Of a stretch of 64,000 nt of DNA, positions 1 to 11,326 are shown one piece after another. The stretch lies in contig RDEW01000003.1 in NCBI GenBank assembly GCA_011109175.1, forward strand, positions 2,057,761 through 2,121,760, given 5' to 3'. The notes under the pieces are model-generated. The model ran no database searches. It saw nothing but the letters and a program-made list of their open reading frames with translations, and was not told the origin of the DNA. The stretch is from Dicyema japonicum (taxonomy: Eukaryota; Animalia; Dicyemida). Numbering within the stretch: the stretch's first letter is position 1; each line of letters opens with the position of its first letter. A program made the translations under genes and the position numbers.

Positions 1-1090
1 TTCCTGCAGAAACAAATAAATTTAGTGCAAAGAGTATTTGTAATAAATTAAACACTGCTCTATGATGAAAGCAGCGTCTCCCATGATGGTTCCTGCAGAA
101 ACAAATAAATTTAGTGCAAAGAGTATTTGTAATAAATTCAAAAACACGTGGTTTTGACTGACAGAATTAATGACGAAATAAATTATTCAATGATTTTAGA
201 TCAAGGAGGGCATGTGCTTTAAAATGTATTCTCATCTTCGGAAGGAAGGAACATTTTGGAAAACTCCAAAATTGGAGATAAAACCTTAATGGCTATGAGA
301 AATCCACGTGTCGATATTGATTGACTAAATGCAAAATAAGATGATTCGACATCTTCAAGAGATCGGTCCCTCAGAAAATTAAAATTTTAAAAAGAGTTAA
401 AAAAAGAAGAGATTTATTGCAAAATAAATTAGTCATCAATTGTGCAAATTTTGAATTTCCAACATTACTCATCATAGATATCCACCAACCTCGAAGCATT
501 TTCTTGAAAATATTCGAAAGTATAATAATTGTTTTCATATGGCATCGTTTGGAACAACAGACAATTTTATTTATAAGGGTTATATGCCCACATATAAGGT
601 TCTTGGTCAAGTTTATCATAGGATGGGGTCACTACTCACAAATGCAGGGGAGCAACATAGCTTTTTACAAATATATTTTTTAGAAAGTTTTGAGGATCAG
701 TCAACAAGAAGATTAAAACAGAACCACAATTACGTCAATCTATAATTAGCATGTTACAAAACATGTTACAAGAACATAATTCATATATTTTATCTTTTAG
801 GTGGTTAATTCTTGTTGTACATGTACGCTTCCTCTATAATAAAAGCAGCGTCTCCCATGGTGGTTCCTGCAAAAACAAATAAATGTAGTGCAAAGAGTAT
901 CTGTAATAAATTCAAAAACACGTGGTTTTGACTGACAGAATTAATGACGAAATAAATTATTCCATGATTTGAGATCAAGGAGGGCATTTGCTTTAAAAAA
1001 TGTATTCTCATCTTCGGAAGGAAGGAACATCTTGGAAAAACTCCAAAATCGGAGATAAAGGTAAAGCGTTAATGGCTATGAGAAATCCAC
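1..1090. repeat. Locally duplicated ~250-bp segment (about 63-310 resembles 838-1090; third partial copy at 1-50)
   Basis: AAAGCAGCGTCTCCCATGRTGGTTCCTGCA...GCTATGAGAAATCCACG occurs at both loci with scattered mismatches; TTCCTGCAGAAACAAATAAATTTAGTGCAAAGAG at 1 and 91. Product unidentified. Confidence 0.8.
491..745 (+). mobile_element. Helitron RepHel N-terminal fragment
   Basis: One frame reads SKHFLENIRKYNNCFHMASFG...GYMPTYKVLGQVYHRMGSLL...FLQIYF, matching the recalled Helitron motifs FLxNIRxYN..F.MTSFG, F.vqGQvYHriGSLLP and FLQIYF. Confidence 0.75.
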
Positions 1091-1414
1091 GTTGGTGTGT
1101 AGTATTAGAGGACACGTTGTATTGATTTCATTTGATCAGGTAATTTAATTTTTTGTTGTATATTTTCGAATTTGAATATAAATATGCAGAAATGTAATGT
1201 GGATGAACAATTTTAGTAGAACTCGTGAATTCCCTAAAACTGTTCAATATGCAGAAATATAGCCAAACGCGAAAATTAAAAAAATCGGCGCAAATAGTAT
1301 TTATAGTGAAATAGTCGATAATTTTCTAAATTTCCTAATTTGTAAATTTATAATTCTCATTTAGGAAGTATTTAATTTTTTTATTATCGAATCAGTAAAT
1401 TTAAACAATAGAAG

Positions 1415-1910
1415 TCAGGTAGTTGCCGCCCTCACTGCGTGGCTGTTCCCTCTCAAAATTGCGAGGGAAATTCGCTCAAATAGCCAGCGGCGTTCACGGA
1501 GATCTCCAGTGCATGAGGTGATCCGGTTTCCAAGACGTCCGAAAAACTCGAGTGTAGAGGGGGAGTAGGATCCGGAAGTCTCCATAGCAAGGGGAACAAA
1601 TTTGACATCATCGGGAAGGTCGACGTATTTAACGAGTTTGGCCTTCTCCGTCTTTACGGATGCTGAACAGGCCCTTGTAGCACTCCCGTGAAGATTTTTC
1701 TGGGCGAACGTGTCTGTACATGTCACATCCCAAACCAGTGGTTTCCCGGCCTCAAATGGAAATATGGTCATCCCGTCCGGCCATTTCCCGTCACTTCTGC
1801 ATAACCCGACCGGTTCAAGAATGGCCGAGTATCTAGCAGCATCCATAGCTCGCCTGACAATTTCATTCAGAGCCTTGTGCCTTGGGGATCTGCCAGCGCT
1901 CCTCCTGCAG
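1415..1910 (-). mobile_element. CRE-clade (RLE) non-LTR retrotransposon, 5'-truncated
   Basis: CRRSAGRSPRHKALNE...LEPVGL..DGKWPDGMT...WDVTC...ERISLAILRGN: end of the CCHC knuckle, RHxxLN and the PD-(D/E) endonuclease region typical of CRE elements. Confidence 0.8.
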
Positions 1911-2010
1911 TATTTAATTAGAATATTTAAAATTTTTATTTTTTAATATTTTAAATTATAGGGTCTTCCTAACATTAACGACATTTCGTCAATCACTAAC
2001 GCCAATAGTC

Positions 2011-4864
2011 GCCAAATGTCATGTGGCTCGCCGACGACGTGGTGGCATTTGAAAAAAAGAACCACACTTTCCCCTATCTTCACGGGTGGACCAATAAGGA
2101 AGGCCTGCGCCGCTGCGGAGACGTTGAGGCAAACCCTGGACCAGCCAGAATAGTCCAACTGAACATAAATGGAATCAAGAACAAAATACTCGAACTTCGG
2201 ACATTTGTGAAAGAAAATCACATTGATCTGTTGCTAATTCAAGAATCTAAACTTTCTCCAAAGAATTCAACACCAGTATTTCCGGGATTCACAGTAATTC
2301 GCCGTGACAGAATTGGCAAACTTGGTGGGGGTCTTCTCACAGTTATTCGCAACGGCATTCCGTTTGAGGACATAACCAACAGTGCTTACACTATGCTTAA
2401 AGGATATGGAAATCTCGAACTTTTGGTTACCAAAATACGATTCCCAAGACTATCAATAACAATTGTCAACGCATATCTCCCACCACTGAGTTCCTGCTCG
2501 TCCAGTGCCCCAGACTCACTCCTCTCGCGTCACTAAAGGATGTGATTATCTGTGGTGACTTCAATGCGAAGCACCCACTGTGGCTGACAGGACAAACCTA
2601 CGACAAAAGAGGGAAGATGATAATTGAGGACCTCCACAGCCTATGTATACTCAACGATCCTGCATCTCATACAAGAACACCTACTCGACGTAATGATAAA
2701 CCTTCTTCTATCGACATCTCATTGTCATCACCGTCCTTGGCCCCACTTATTGACTGGTCAGTGAAGTATGACACCAGTAGTGACCACAACCCAATATTTT
2801 TGGAGGTCAAAACAAGGTCACGGATAAAAGGACAATGCCCAACAATAACTAACTACAGCCTTGCGAATTGGAAAGGATTCAAGGAATACGTCGATAATTG
2901 TATTGGACTATTAAATTTCCCCACTTTTCCCTCCGTCGAACAATTAGTGAAATGGTTCAACTCCATTATAAACGATGCGAAAAAGAAGTACATTCCTATG
3001 GGGAGACAACCAACGTCATCAAAACGTTTTAACACAACGACGAAACATCTGATCGGAGAACGAAATAATCTAAAGATGGTAAAATCGCCAACAGAAGAGA
3101 ACATCAGGAAAATACGAGAATTGAACAGAGAGATCGACAACAACATAAAGACAGAAAATGCAAATAGATGGACGAGACTATCGAAAGCTCTCTACAAAAA
3201 CCCCCCAATGCAAAGAGTGTGGAAGTGGATCAAAAACATCAAAAGACCCTCCCCAGAGAGAAAAGTCGAAGTCTACATAAAACCAGACACTCTGATAAAA
3301 TATTACACATCTATATCCTACAGGAAGTTTTCAAAAGAACACCAAGTATTCCTGAAAAAGATTGAACCGAAACGCTCCGATAACTGGATCCTATTTACTA
3401 GTCAGGATGTTCGCAGAGCCATATCTAAGGCCAACAACTCAGAGGCCAAAGGACCAGACAACATAACCACATGTGAACTGAAGCACCTAGGCCATCGAGC
3501 CCTGGAACTATTAGCCTATATATTCAACCTCTCCATTAACACAAATACAATCCCTGAAATATGGAAGAAGTCTCTAATCAGACCTATCCGAAAACCCAAC
3601 AAACCAATAGATGAACCATCTTCCTATCGCCCAATATCTATTCTAAGTCCGGTCTCAAGGATCCTTGAAAGGCTTGTTTTGGAAAAAATACAAGACTCAA
3701 TCTCAATACCTCCGACCCAGCACGGATTCCGGGACAACCATTCGACGACAACACACCTTACAACCCTCACACAATTCATTGCGGAAGGATTTAACTCCCC
3801 CAAACCCATCAGAGGACAGTACTTATATCCGTGGACATCACAAAAGCGTTCGACTCAGTCCCTAGGAAACTCTAACAAAGAAAATATATGAAACCAACAT
3901 CCATCCGAACCTGAAACTTTGGCTTGGAAACTTCCTAAATGGAAGACGAGCACAAGTGCTCTGCAACAACATCAAATCAAGATCTCGCTATTTCCCAAAT
4001 GGAGTCCCTCAAGGCTCCCACTATCACCCCAACTCTTCAATCTCTACATAAACGACATGCCACAAACCTGTAATGAAAACTGTCTAATCCTCTCTATGCC
4101 GACGATATCATTCTTGCCTCCAAGGACAGAAACATTCAATCAGCGACTCAGTTGGCTCAACAAATGCTCGATAACTTGGAACTATGGCTCTCGAAGCGGA
4201 GACTTGACACATCAGCAGCAAAGTCCTTTGTCACACTGTTTACCACCTACAAGAGACAGCTCTGTATCGAACCAAAAGTCTTTATGAAGAACGAAGCTAT
4301 CTCTATTAACAAAACACCGAAGATTCTGGGAGTAACCTTTGATCAGGGACTCACCTTTATCCGGCATGTTGAAAACAGAGTAACTTCTGCTCTGAAAAAA
4401 TAAGAATTTAAAAGTGCTCTCAAAAATATTTAGAGATCAAACTGGGATCCTTCCACGATATACAAACAATTCATCCGACCAACGATGACGTATGCAAGTC
4501 CTTCATGGGCAATGCAAATGTCACGATCTTCCACATTGAAGTTATCTGCAATCGAGGAGACTGCAATGAGGTTAATTGGACCAGATCACAACATCCAACC
4601 TATTGAAAATTTTTTAATTGAAATACAACGAAAACTATTAAAGGAGGCTGTTCTACCGAGCTGCCCTCTATTCCAAATACTATCGAATTATCTACAATCA
4701 TACAGAAATTGTGAGCCGATGCCATGTCCTATGAGAAGAGCTGTTCAGGATTCTCGACCCCGCCGGACTCGTCCTCACCTTTGTCGGTCTGGGATCACTT
4801 AGTTAGATGAGAACTTTTATTTCTTTCTCTTTGACCCAGTGATCCTGGGGGTAATAATAATAAT
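2011..4864 (+). mobile_element. Single-ORF APE-RT LINE (Vingi/Ingi-like), near full length, frameshifted, with N-terminal 2A peptide
   Basis: DVEANPGP at 2120-2143, then APE motifs (QLNING, IQESK, GDFNA, SSIDI, SDHNP) and RT motifs (GPDNI, SYRPISIL, QHGFR, LFNLYIND). No RNase H seen. (TAA)n tail at 4852-4867. Candidate TSD AATAGTC at 2004-2010 and 4865-4871. Frameshifts near 2536 and 3840. Confidence 0.85.
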
Positions 4865-4989
4865 AATAGTCAGTCAATAACGACAACACTCAATCATTAC
4901 TGACACTTCGTCAATCAAAAACGACAATAGTCAATCAATTTTTATAACAATACTAGTAAACACAAACAATTATTCATTCATTGATAATT

Positions 4990-5175
4990 TCATCATTAAC
5001 TGCTCTCATAATGTTCCTTTCATCCTTCTCCACAGTTTTCGGAGTAATCAATTCGAAAGATGAGATAAAATGTCTTAGCTATAAATCATCAATAGTAGCC
5101 TCTCTCTTCACAGAATTATTCCATTTCGATTAGATTAAGGAATGGTGAGTATGGAGGAAGATACAGTTTTTCATT
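4990..5175 (-). mobile_element. Tc1/mariner-IS630-like transposase remnant
   Basis: Minus strand 5163-5125 reads YLPPYSPFLNLIE, the LPPYSPxLNPIE motif around the third catalytic residue. Confidence 0.6.
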
Positions 5176-5193
5176 AAAGTAAAATATTGTTTA

Positions 5194-5455
5194 TTAACTA
5201 TGGGGGAGAGCGGCTGCTGACATTACGGAGTAAGCGTTTCCGCGGACAACTGAGATCCCAATTCGTTGCCTCAGCCAGACCGCTTCCCGCACGTCTTTTT
5301 TACGGTGGCCCAATTTCCCCCCGATTTCCCGTAATACTTCCAGCCGCACCAGACGTCTCAATTGCCATCGGTACAAAACGGTAGCGGTCTCCAATCTCGC
5401 AATATTTTTTAATCTTGATTTTCTCGGCCAGATCGGCTGCCGATCATACAGACTG
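5194..5455 (-). mobile_element. CRE-like retrotransposon 3' fragment
   Basis: AEKIKIKKYCEIGDRYRFVPMAIETSG...WLRQRIGISVVRGNA (with a frameshift). Confidence 0.75.
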
Positions 5456-5769
5456 CATTTTTGAACAGTATTTTGAATGAGAAGAGCAATTTCTGTATTA
5501 GCAAAAAAGTGACTGGATCAGAGAACTCTTTTGATTTCACTGAGGAGGAAATAAAGGATACGAAGATTACAGGCAGTTCTTATGCCGATGATATAATTAT
5601 TGACTCTCGCCATTGCGTTCTAACGAAAAGTCATCGAGGTTGAAGTGGTGACGACACCTCTATTGCACTATGTCTTATTCGTATTCCTTACCGACTTCTC
5701 CGTTCACTCTGGGATCTTTCAATTGCAGAGGACTTATACAACCTTACAAGAAACACCAACTGGTATGCA

Positions 5770-6105
5770 ATGACTTCTCTGTGTGCTGTCTACAAGAGAC
5801 AAAAACGACCGTATAATGTACAGAACTGTTTGGAAAATTCCACATTTTTATCCTCCCGTCGGCCTGCCGACATTATGGTCTCAAATTTGCAGTCCATCAG
5901 GACTTGATTCACTATGTTACAAGGGTGTGGACAGGATCTGATATTATAATGGAAATGGCGGACGACCTAGACTACCTAAGAGAACTAGTGCGCAACAGAA
6001 GATCATGATCGAAGCTAACGGAGAGGATGATTCGGAATACGGTACAAAGGAAACTTAACTATTTTTGTGTTTTCTCGGGAGTGCTTTTTAATAACAATAA
6101 TAATT
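5770..6105 (+). mobile_element. RTE-like LINE 3' fragment (near-identical to 35587-35915)
   Basis: About 330 bp near-identical to 35587-35915; encodes ...DYLRELVRNRRSWSKL, similar to the end of the RTE-like copy at 26100-26250; ends in a TAA-rich tail. Confidence 0.6.
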
Positions 6106-7291
6106 CAAAAAGTGAGTTATCTAGTTGATGATGTTTACCACTTGGCTGTCTTGCTAATCGTAGTTTCACAGTTTTTCCAATTTTCACGGTTTTTTAGAAT
6201 TTCTGAAAGTTTATAAATTCCCAAATAAAGGTTCATTTTTATTTCACAGATAATTCCTTTAGATTCATTTTTATGTATTTTTTACTTCACAAATATTTCT
6301 TTTCCATGCAATAAAAATTTCGGTCCTCTTTCTAACCACGTGGTACTGTTAGATTTTAAATTTAAATGTAAATTCATTTGAATGTGTGATAAAAACAAAA
6401 TAAATTAATCTGAAATTTTTAATAAATGTCTTTCGGATTGCGGATTATGAAGTTTCGGTTTATTGAACCCTGTTTGTAAGAAAACTTTGTAAAATTTTGC
6501 TAACTCATCAAAAAATTCGGATTATTGAAGTTTTTAATGTATATCTGTTGGATCTTTTCCATTCTTGGCTGTGACGTATTTGTTAGGCACCGGTTTCTTT
6601 CACTTTAAGGGAGACTGAAAGTAAATAAATAATAAAATAAATAACTTACAGGCAGTCTAAAGGAGAATTACGAAAATATCGATTAACACGGTGATTCAAA
6701 CGATTATAAAGGTCTGGTTTGCTATTCATTAAAAATTAACTTGTAAAATACACTGCATTTGGCGTGTTAGTGTCATCTAAACACCAATATTCCCCTAAAA
6801 GTTATATGACCATTATTAATGTTTATCTACCACACTGTGGAAGGGTGGTGGAAGATATGGACGACTTCTACTCAGTTACTGAAAAAATACAATGAATACG
6901 AGTCGTCATTCTCCCCCACGCGATGACGTCATTCTATTGGAAGGATACGAGGAAGATAAGAAATCTTTAATTAAATAAACTTATAGTCGTGGAGTGAATT
7001 CATCGACTATCCAAAGATAATTCAAAGATTTTTTAATTACAGTATTTCGCTAATATTCCAGAAATTTTTATTGGTGAAAATAAGCAAAATATTGAAAATA
7101 CAGGAAGTATGCAATAGTCATGGGAAGTGTACAAAAGTGATCTCATTAGCCTTCAAGAATTATACAAGGGGAGTTGTTAGACATAATTAAGAAGTGACCC
7201 CTAGCCTTAAGAAGTAGGTGAGAGTTACTGTGGAAAAGTTATAGTTAAGTGACCTCGATCCATATAAGTATGCAAAACTAAGATTATGTGT

Positions 7292-8040
7292 TTTGTAAAC
7301 AGGAAATTGTTAGCCGAATAAAGTCAGATTATTACTTTAAATATCCAAATCAAGTGCATTTATTGGTTGAGGTAATTAAAATGTGATTTACACGCATATA
7401 TAGCACCGTTACACTTCATTTAGATAAATTATTGGTGGATGGTCAAGAAGCAATCAACCTGCAGGGTATGTGAAGCAATCGGCTACAGTAGTGAGATTCT
7501 TAAGTGCTCCAAATGTGAGAACTCATGTAAACCCGATCTCTAAAGTTTTCTAGATCACACATCCTGCATCAACTATCAAATTGATCCCAAAAAAATCGGA
7601 AAATCTGAAGGATGGATTTGCATGGACTGCAAAGTCTGTGCAATTTGTTGCGAAAATGACTTTGAGGAACTCGTCGTGTGTACGCGATGTGATCTCGCAT
7701 TTCACCTTGATTGTGATGATTTCTCCTATGATGACCTCGTCGGAATTCCTATGTCTCGATCTGCTTTAACTGCAGCAGCCGTTTGCCTCATAAAAGTGTC
7801 AATGCTGTCGACTTAGCAAAATGGAAGCCATCGGAAGTCTCTGATTGGGTGAAGGGATTGGGGTTTCCTGTGGAGTCTCAGGTATTTTTGGAACAGGTAA
7901 CAGTTTGAGTCATTTGGCAGAAAATTGAAGGATTTGATCTTCTCTTTATAACACGGGATGAAGTTGTGAATCAACTTAAACTTCCTTTGGAATCAGCTAT
8001 TCTTATTTTTTATTTTTCTTCTAAAGAGAAATCTTATTCA
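7292..8040 (+). CDS. Double PHD finger plus C-terminal SAM domain chromatin protein; 5' end unresolved; one apparent frameshift near 7752
   Basis: Spliced reading CRVCEA..ILKCSKCENS|YHTSC..WICMDCKVCAIC..LVVCTRCDLAFHLDC..ICFNC, then KWKPSEVSDWVKGLGF..FLEQ|KIEGFDLL (SAM). GT-AG micro-introns near 7530-7556 and 7897-7920. Confidence 0.7.
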
Positions 8041-8099
8041 TTAAGACATAATTTGATATTTTTTATTAAAATTTTTTATTGTTGATGTGCTTATTCTGA

Positions 8100-9060
8100 A
8101 ATTCATTTTTGTCTCAAAAGCTTTCTATTGTCTTACCGGACGAAGAGGACGTGTATGTGTGGGTCATTCAGATGGAGATTCCGTCTCCTCCCAAATGATG
8201 TTCTTCGCCGTTTTGTAGATCTTTCTCGTTAAGAGACTCGAACACTTTGAGTATCTCAATGGAAATTAATACCGCGAGAATTCGTGTTTTGGGCACTACC
8301 CCATCGGCAATGAACTCGTAAATGATGCCCAAATTGATATGCTATTTCTGAGCCTACGTCGTATGGACGACACTGTTAGAGCAGAAGTCAGCAAAGAACA
8401 AGTTTTTATAATATTTTTGAGACTAAGATGACCAGTATGACCAGTATAGGGGACAGGTTCACTGGTTTTAAAATTGGTGTAATTAAGGAATTATTTCAAC
8501 GGGAGAGTGCGAAAGTTTAGTGAATAGTTGAACATATCTGTGATCACCGTCTAACCTGGAGGCCTACGTAAAGACTCACTCTGCGCTGAAGAGGTATGTG
8601 GTCGGTGACGTGGCTCCTTGTTTTTGATATTTAGTAAATACTAATAGAAGTCTTTATGATTAAGCATACTGTTTCGGTCATGCCTTCTTCATCACTGCTG
8701 AACTTTTTGACTTGTTTTAGCGCTTTCCAAAAGCTCTTGCATTAGAGTCTATTACAAATAGTCCAAGCATGCGGCCAGTTCACTTCCTGGTATGTTTGTC
8801 CAGCATCAGTTGGGAGATCCTGACGTTGAAATACCGTAGAGACGACAAGGGGGCCTCAGATCCTTTTCAACTTGTTCCTCTACGGATGATGAATGGGTCG
8901 TAGGAATCTTCAGGTTGAAACTCTTGTAGCTCGCCTAGGGAGGAATAATTTGTAGGATTAATGTATTCAGAAGATAACCCCCATGTCGACGGAGAAGCTT
9001 TCCGCCACTAAGCAAGCGAACCGACCATTCATAAATTTGTCAAAACAGACAAGTCTGCGT
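8100..9060 (-). CDS. Possible multi-exon gene, product unidentified
   Basis: Exon-like GC-richer blocks separated by short GT-AG segments; no recognisable motif; one in-frame TGA in my reading. Confidence 0.25.
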
Positions 9061-9149
9061 ATTTCGTGAATATCGTAGCGAATCTGTATCAAATGATAAT
9101 TTAATATAAATCTTTACAAAGGAGTTATCCCATTCAGAGAGATCCATAA

Positions 9150-9330
9150 CAGGGTTGCTATCATGGTCGTCGTAACGAGCCAAGTCTACGGACCCAAGAC
9201 GGTCTCTTTTCTAAGATCGCTCGGGTCTATAATATCGAGTAACGAACGTCTGGGAACCAAGTGGCTGTTCCAAAGGATTTCTCTCGTAGTTGCTAGGGGA
9301 AACAGCCACTCAATCACCAAGCTGGATTAC
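9150..9330 (+). mobile_element. CRE-like retrotransposon 3' fragment
   Basis: VVTSQVYGPKTVSFLRSLG...KWLFQRISLVVARGNSHSI matches the C-termini of the longer CRE-like copies. Confidence 0.7.
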
Positions 9331-9399
9331 TTTGACTGTTTTGATTCCATTAAGGGTAAAGAAAGGTGCCGAGTTTGTTAGTTTTCTGTTTTAGGTAAA

Positions 9400-11100
9400 A
9401 ATCATTGTGCTAGATTTTTCAGGAATTGTGATAGGTTCCTCGTAAGCCACCAGCTTAGGTTGTCCAGTAAATCTTGTAACAGAGTATTGTTGGTGCTATT
9501 GGAAGGCATGTCGCTCATAAAGAGGTTGAAGAGAATGGGTGACGGTGGTGATCCCTGTGGGACCTCATTCAGAAAAAATTTACTGACAGAAAATGTGGAA
9601 TTACTCTTTCTCTTCGTCCGTTGAGGAAGTTTCCAAGCCAAATTCTCAAATTGTTTGGAAACTTCCTCAGAGCTAGTCAAAATCCTTCTGTATGTCAATG
9701 AAGCACATACGGGTCTTTTGATGCCGATGTTTGCATTGTAGGCACTCCTTGATGAATTTCGTAAGTATGTAAGTTGAGTGGCGCCGGACAAGAGGCCTGA
9801 ATACTGTAAATTTCGGTTGAAGGTTCCAGGCATCTCGATGCTTTGGCTGACGAGTGTTATAAGTGAATATTTCACTGCGGAACCGGATTGTCTACAAAAG
9901 GACTCACACCCAACAAAAAGAAAAAAAAATGAAGAGCATTCCTTGGTTCTCCCTCATCGATTAGTTATAATTACGGGAAATATGGTCCCTTCGGCCGTTC
10001 TGGTTTTAAGATTGGTCGTATATAGGATAATTTCCATAGGGTAGGGTTAGAGTTCCTGCTGATGGAGAGGTTGAAAATTCGGGCGAGGTTCATGATAGCA
10101 TAAAGGCTTAGGGTGGGAGGACTGTTTATTTAGGGTGGACATGAGGTTACTCCAGACCCTCTCCTGTTTCTGATTTCCCTCCAAGACTCGAATCCCCACC
10201 GTGGTTTCCAAAGATTGAATCTGCAGGCTTTTTAAGCAATTTCTTTCCATCGTAAATAAATCGGTTGCACGGGAAGGCTTCTTCGTGAAATGGATTGGTT
10301 TTCTTTTGATGAAGTCCTCATGCCCTCACACAACCAAACGATTGAAGTATACCAGTGTAATGCGTACTACACCAATGTAATGCGTTATTGAGGGTTGAAG
10401 TTGATAGGGTCAAAATCATACAGGTTGTAGTCGACGAAGTATGAAAACAATCTCCAGTCGATGTTTTAGTAGTCTGATAGTAACATAGGCTTTCTTTCAA
10501 TGCACACTCTTGCTTTGAAAGCAATGATAATAGGATTACGGTCACTCGTTACGACAAGTAAGACCGATTGGTTAGAGAGGCAATTTTTGGGGAAGCAAGC
10601 GTCAAGTCGGGGAAGGACGTCCTATTGTTTGCTCTGTAAAGAGTCCTTGACTTGAATATAGGGTTGTTTAATATCACAAGATAATTCATCTTCAATAGTA
10701 AGTGGATTCCTCTGGTGTCTTCCGGCTGGTTTTGAACCAAATCGGATGCTTCGCGTTCAGGTCTCCACATGACAACGAATTATTGGATAGTCGACATCTG
10801 CCATTGAGAAACTGAATCCTTCGGGACAGGAAATGGAGGGGGTTACATACATGTTAAATACAGTGAGGTATCCAATATTTGTTGAAATTGTGTTGTACTC
10901 GATAAAAGGTTAAAAGTGGATATGTACTTTTCCCGTGAAGGAGATTTCCTTCTTGATAAATGTAATGACTCCATCACCGCGGCCATTAGGCCCATCATGT
11001 CGAATAATATTGTAGCCCTGAAGGCTGGGGTGGGTGTGAGGAAGACAGTCTTAGTCTTGAAGTAAGCAAACATCTGTGTACTGTTTTTTTCAAAATGTCC
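9400..11100 (-). mobile_element. Degraded APE-RT LINE (Jockey/I-like), interrupted by a SINE-like insert
   Basis: VPQGSPPSPILFNLFMSDMP (RT) and RTSFPDLTLAS (APE SxxD motif) in broken frames. Confidence 0.65.
9805..9975 (+). repeat. SINE-like family A copy
   Basis: GAAGGTTCCA..CATC..GATGCTTTGGC...CACTGCGGAACCGG.TTGTCTACAAA...CCCAACAAAA...TTGGTTCTCCCTCATCGATTAGTTAT is shared, as reverse complement, with 26880-27070/28058-28150 and 60610-60880. Confidence 0.75.
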
Positions 11101-11326
11101 TGATCTCGAGGACTTTACATCTCTTCAGTTTATGTTTAGCTGTAAAAGACAAAAGCTTTTGATTAAAACAAGTACAAATCATAGAGGTAATTTAAACTTT
11201 ATTTGAATATATATTTCGTCATAATAAAAAAATGAAAATTCATTTAAAATCAAATTATTTGTATAATTAAAATTAAATTCAAATATTAATTAAGATTAAT
11301 CACGTGCTAATGTTTATTTCCTCAAC

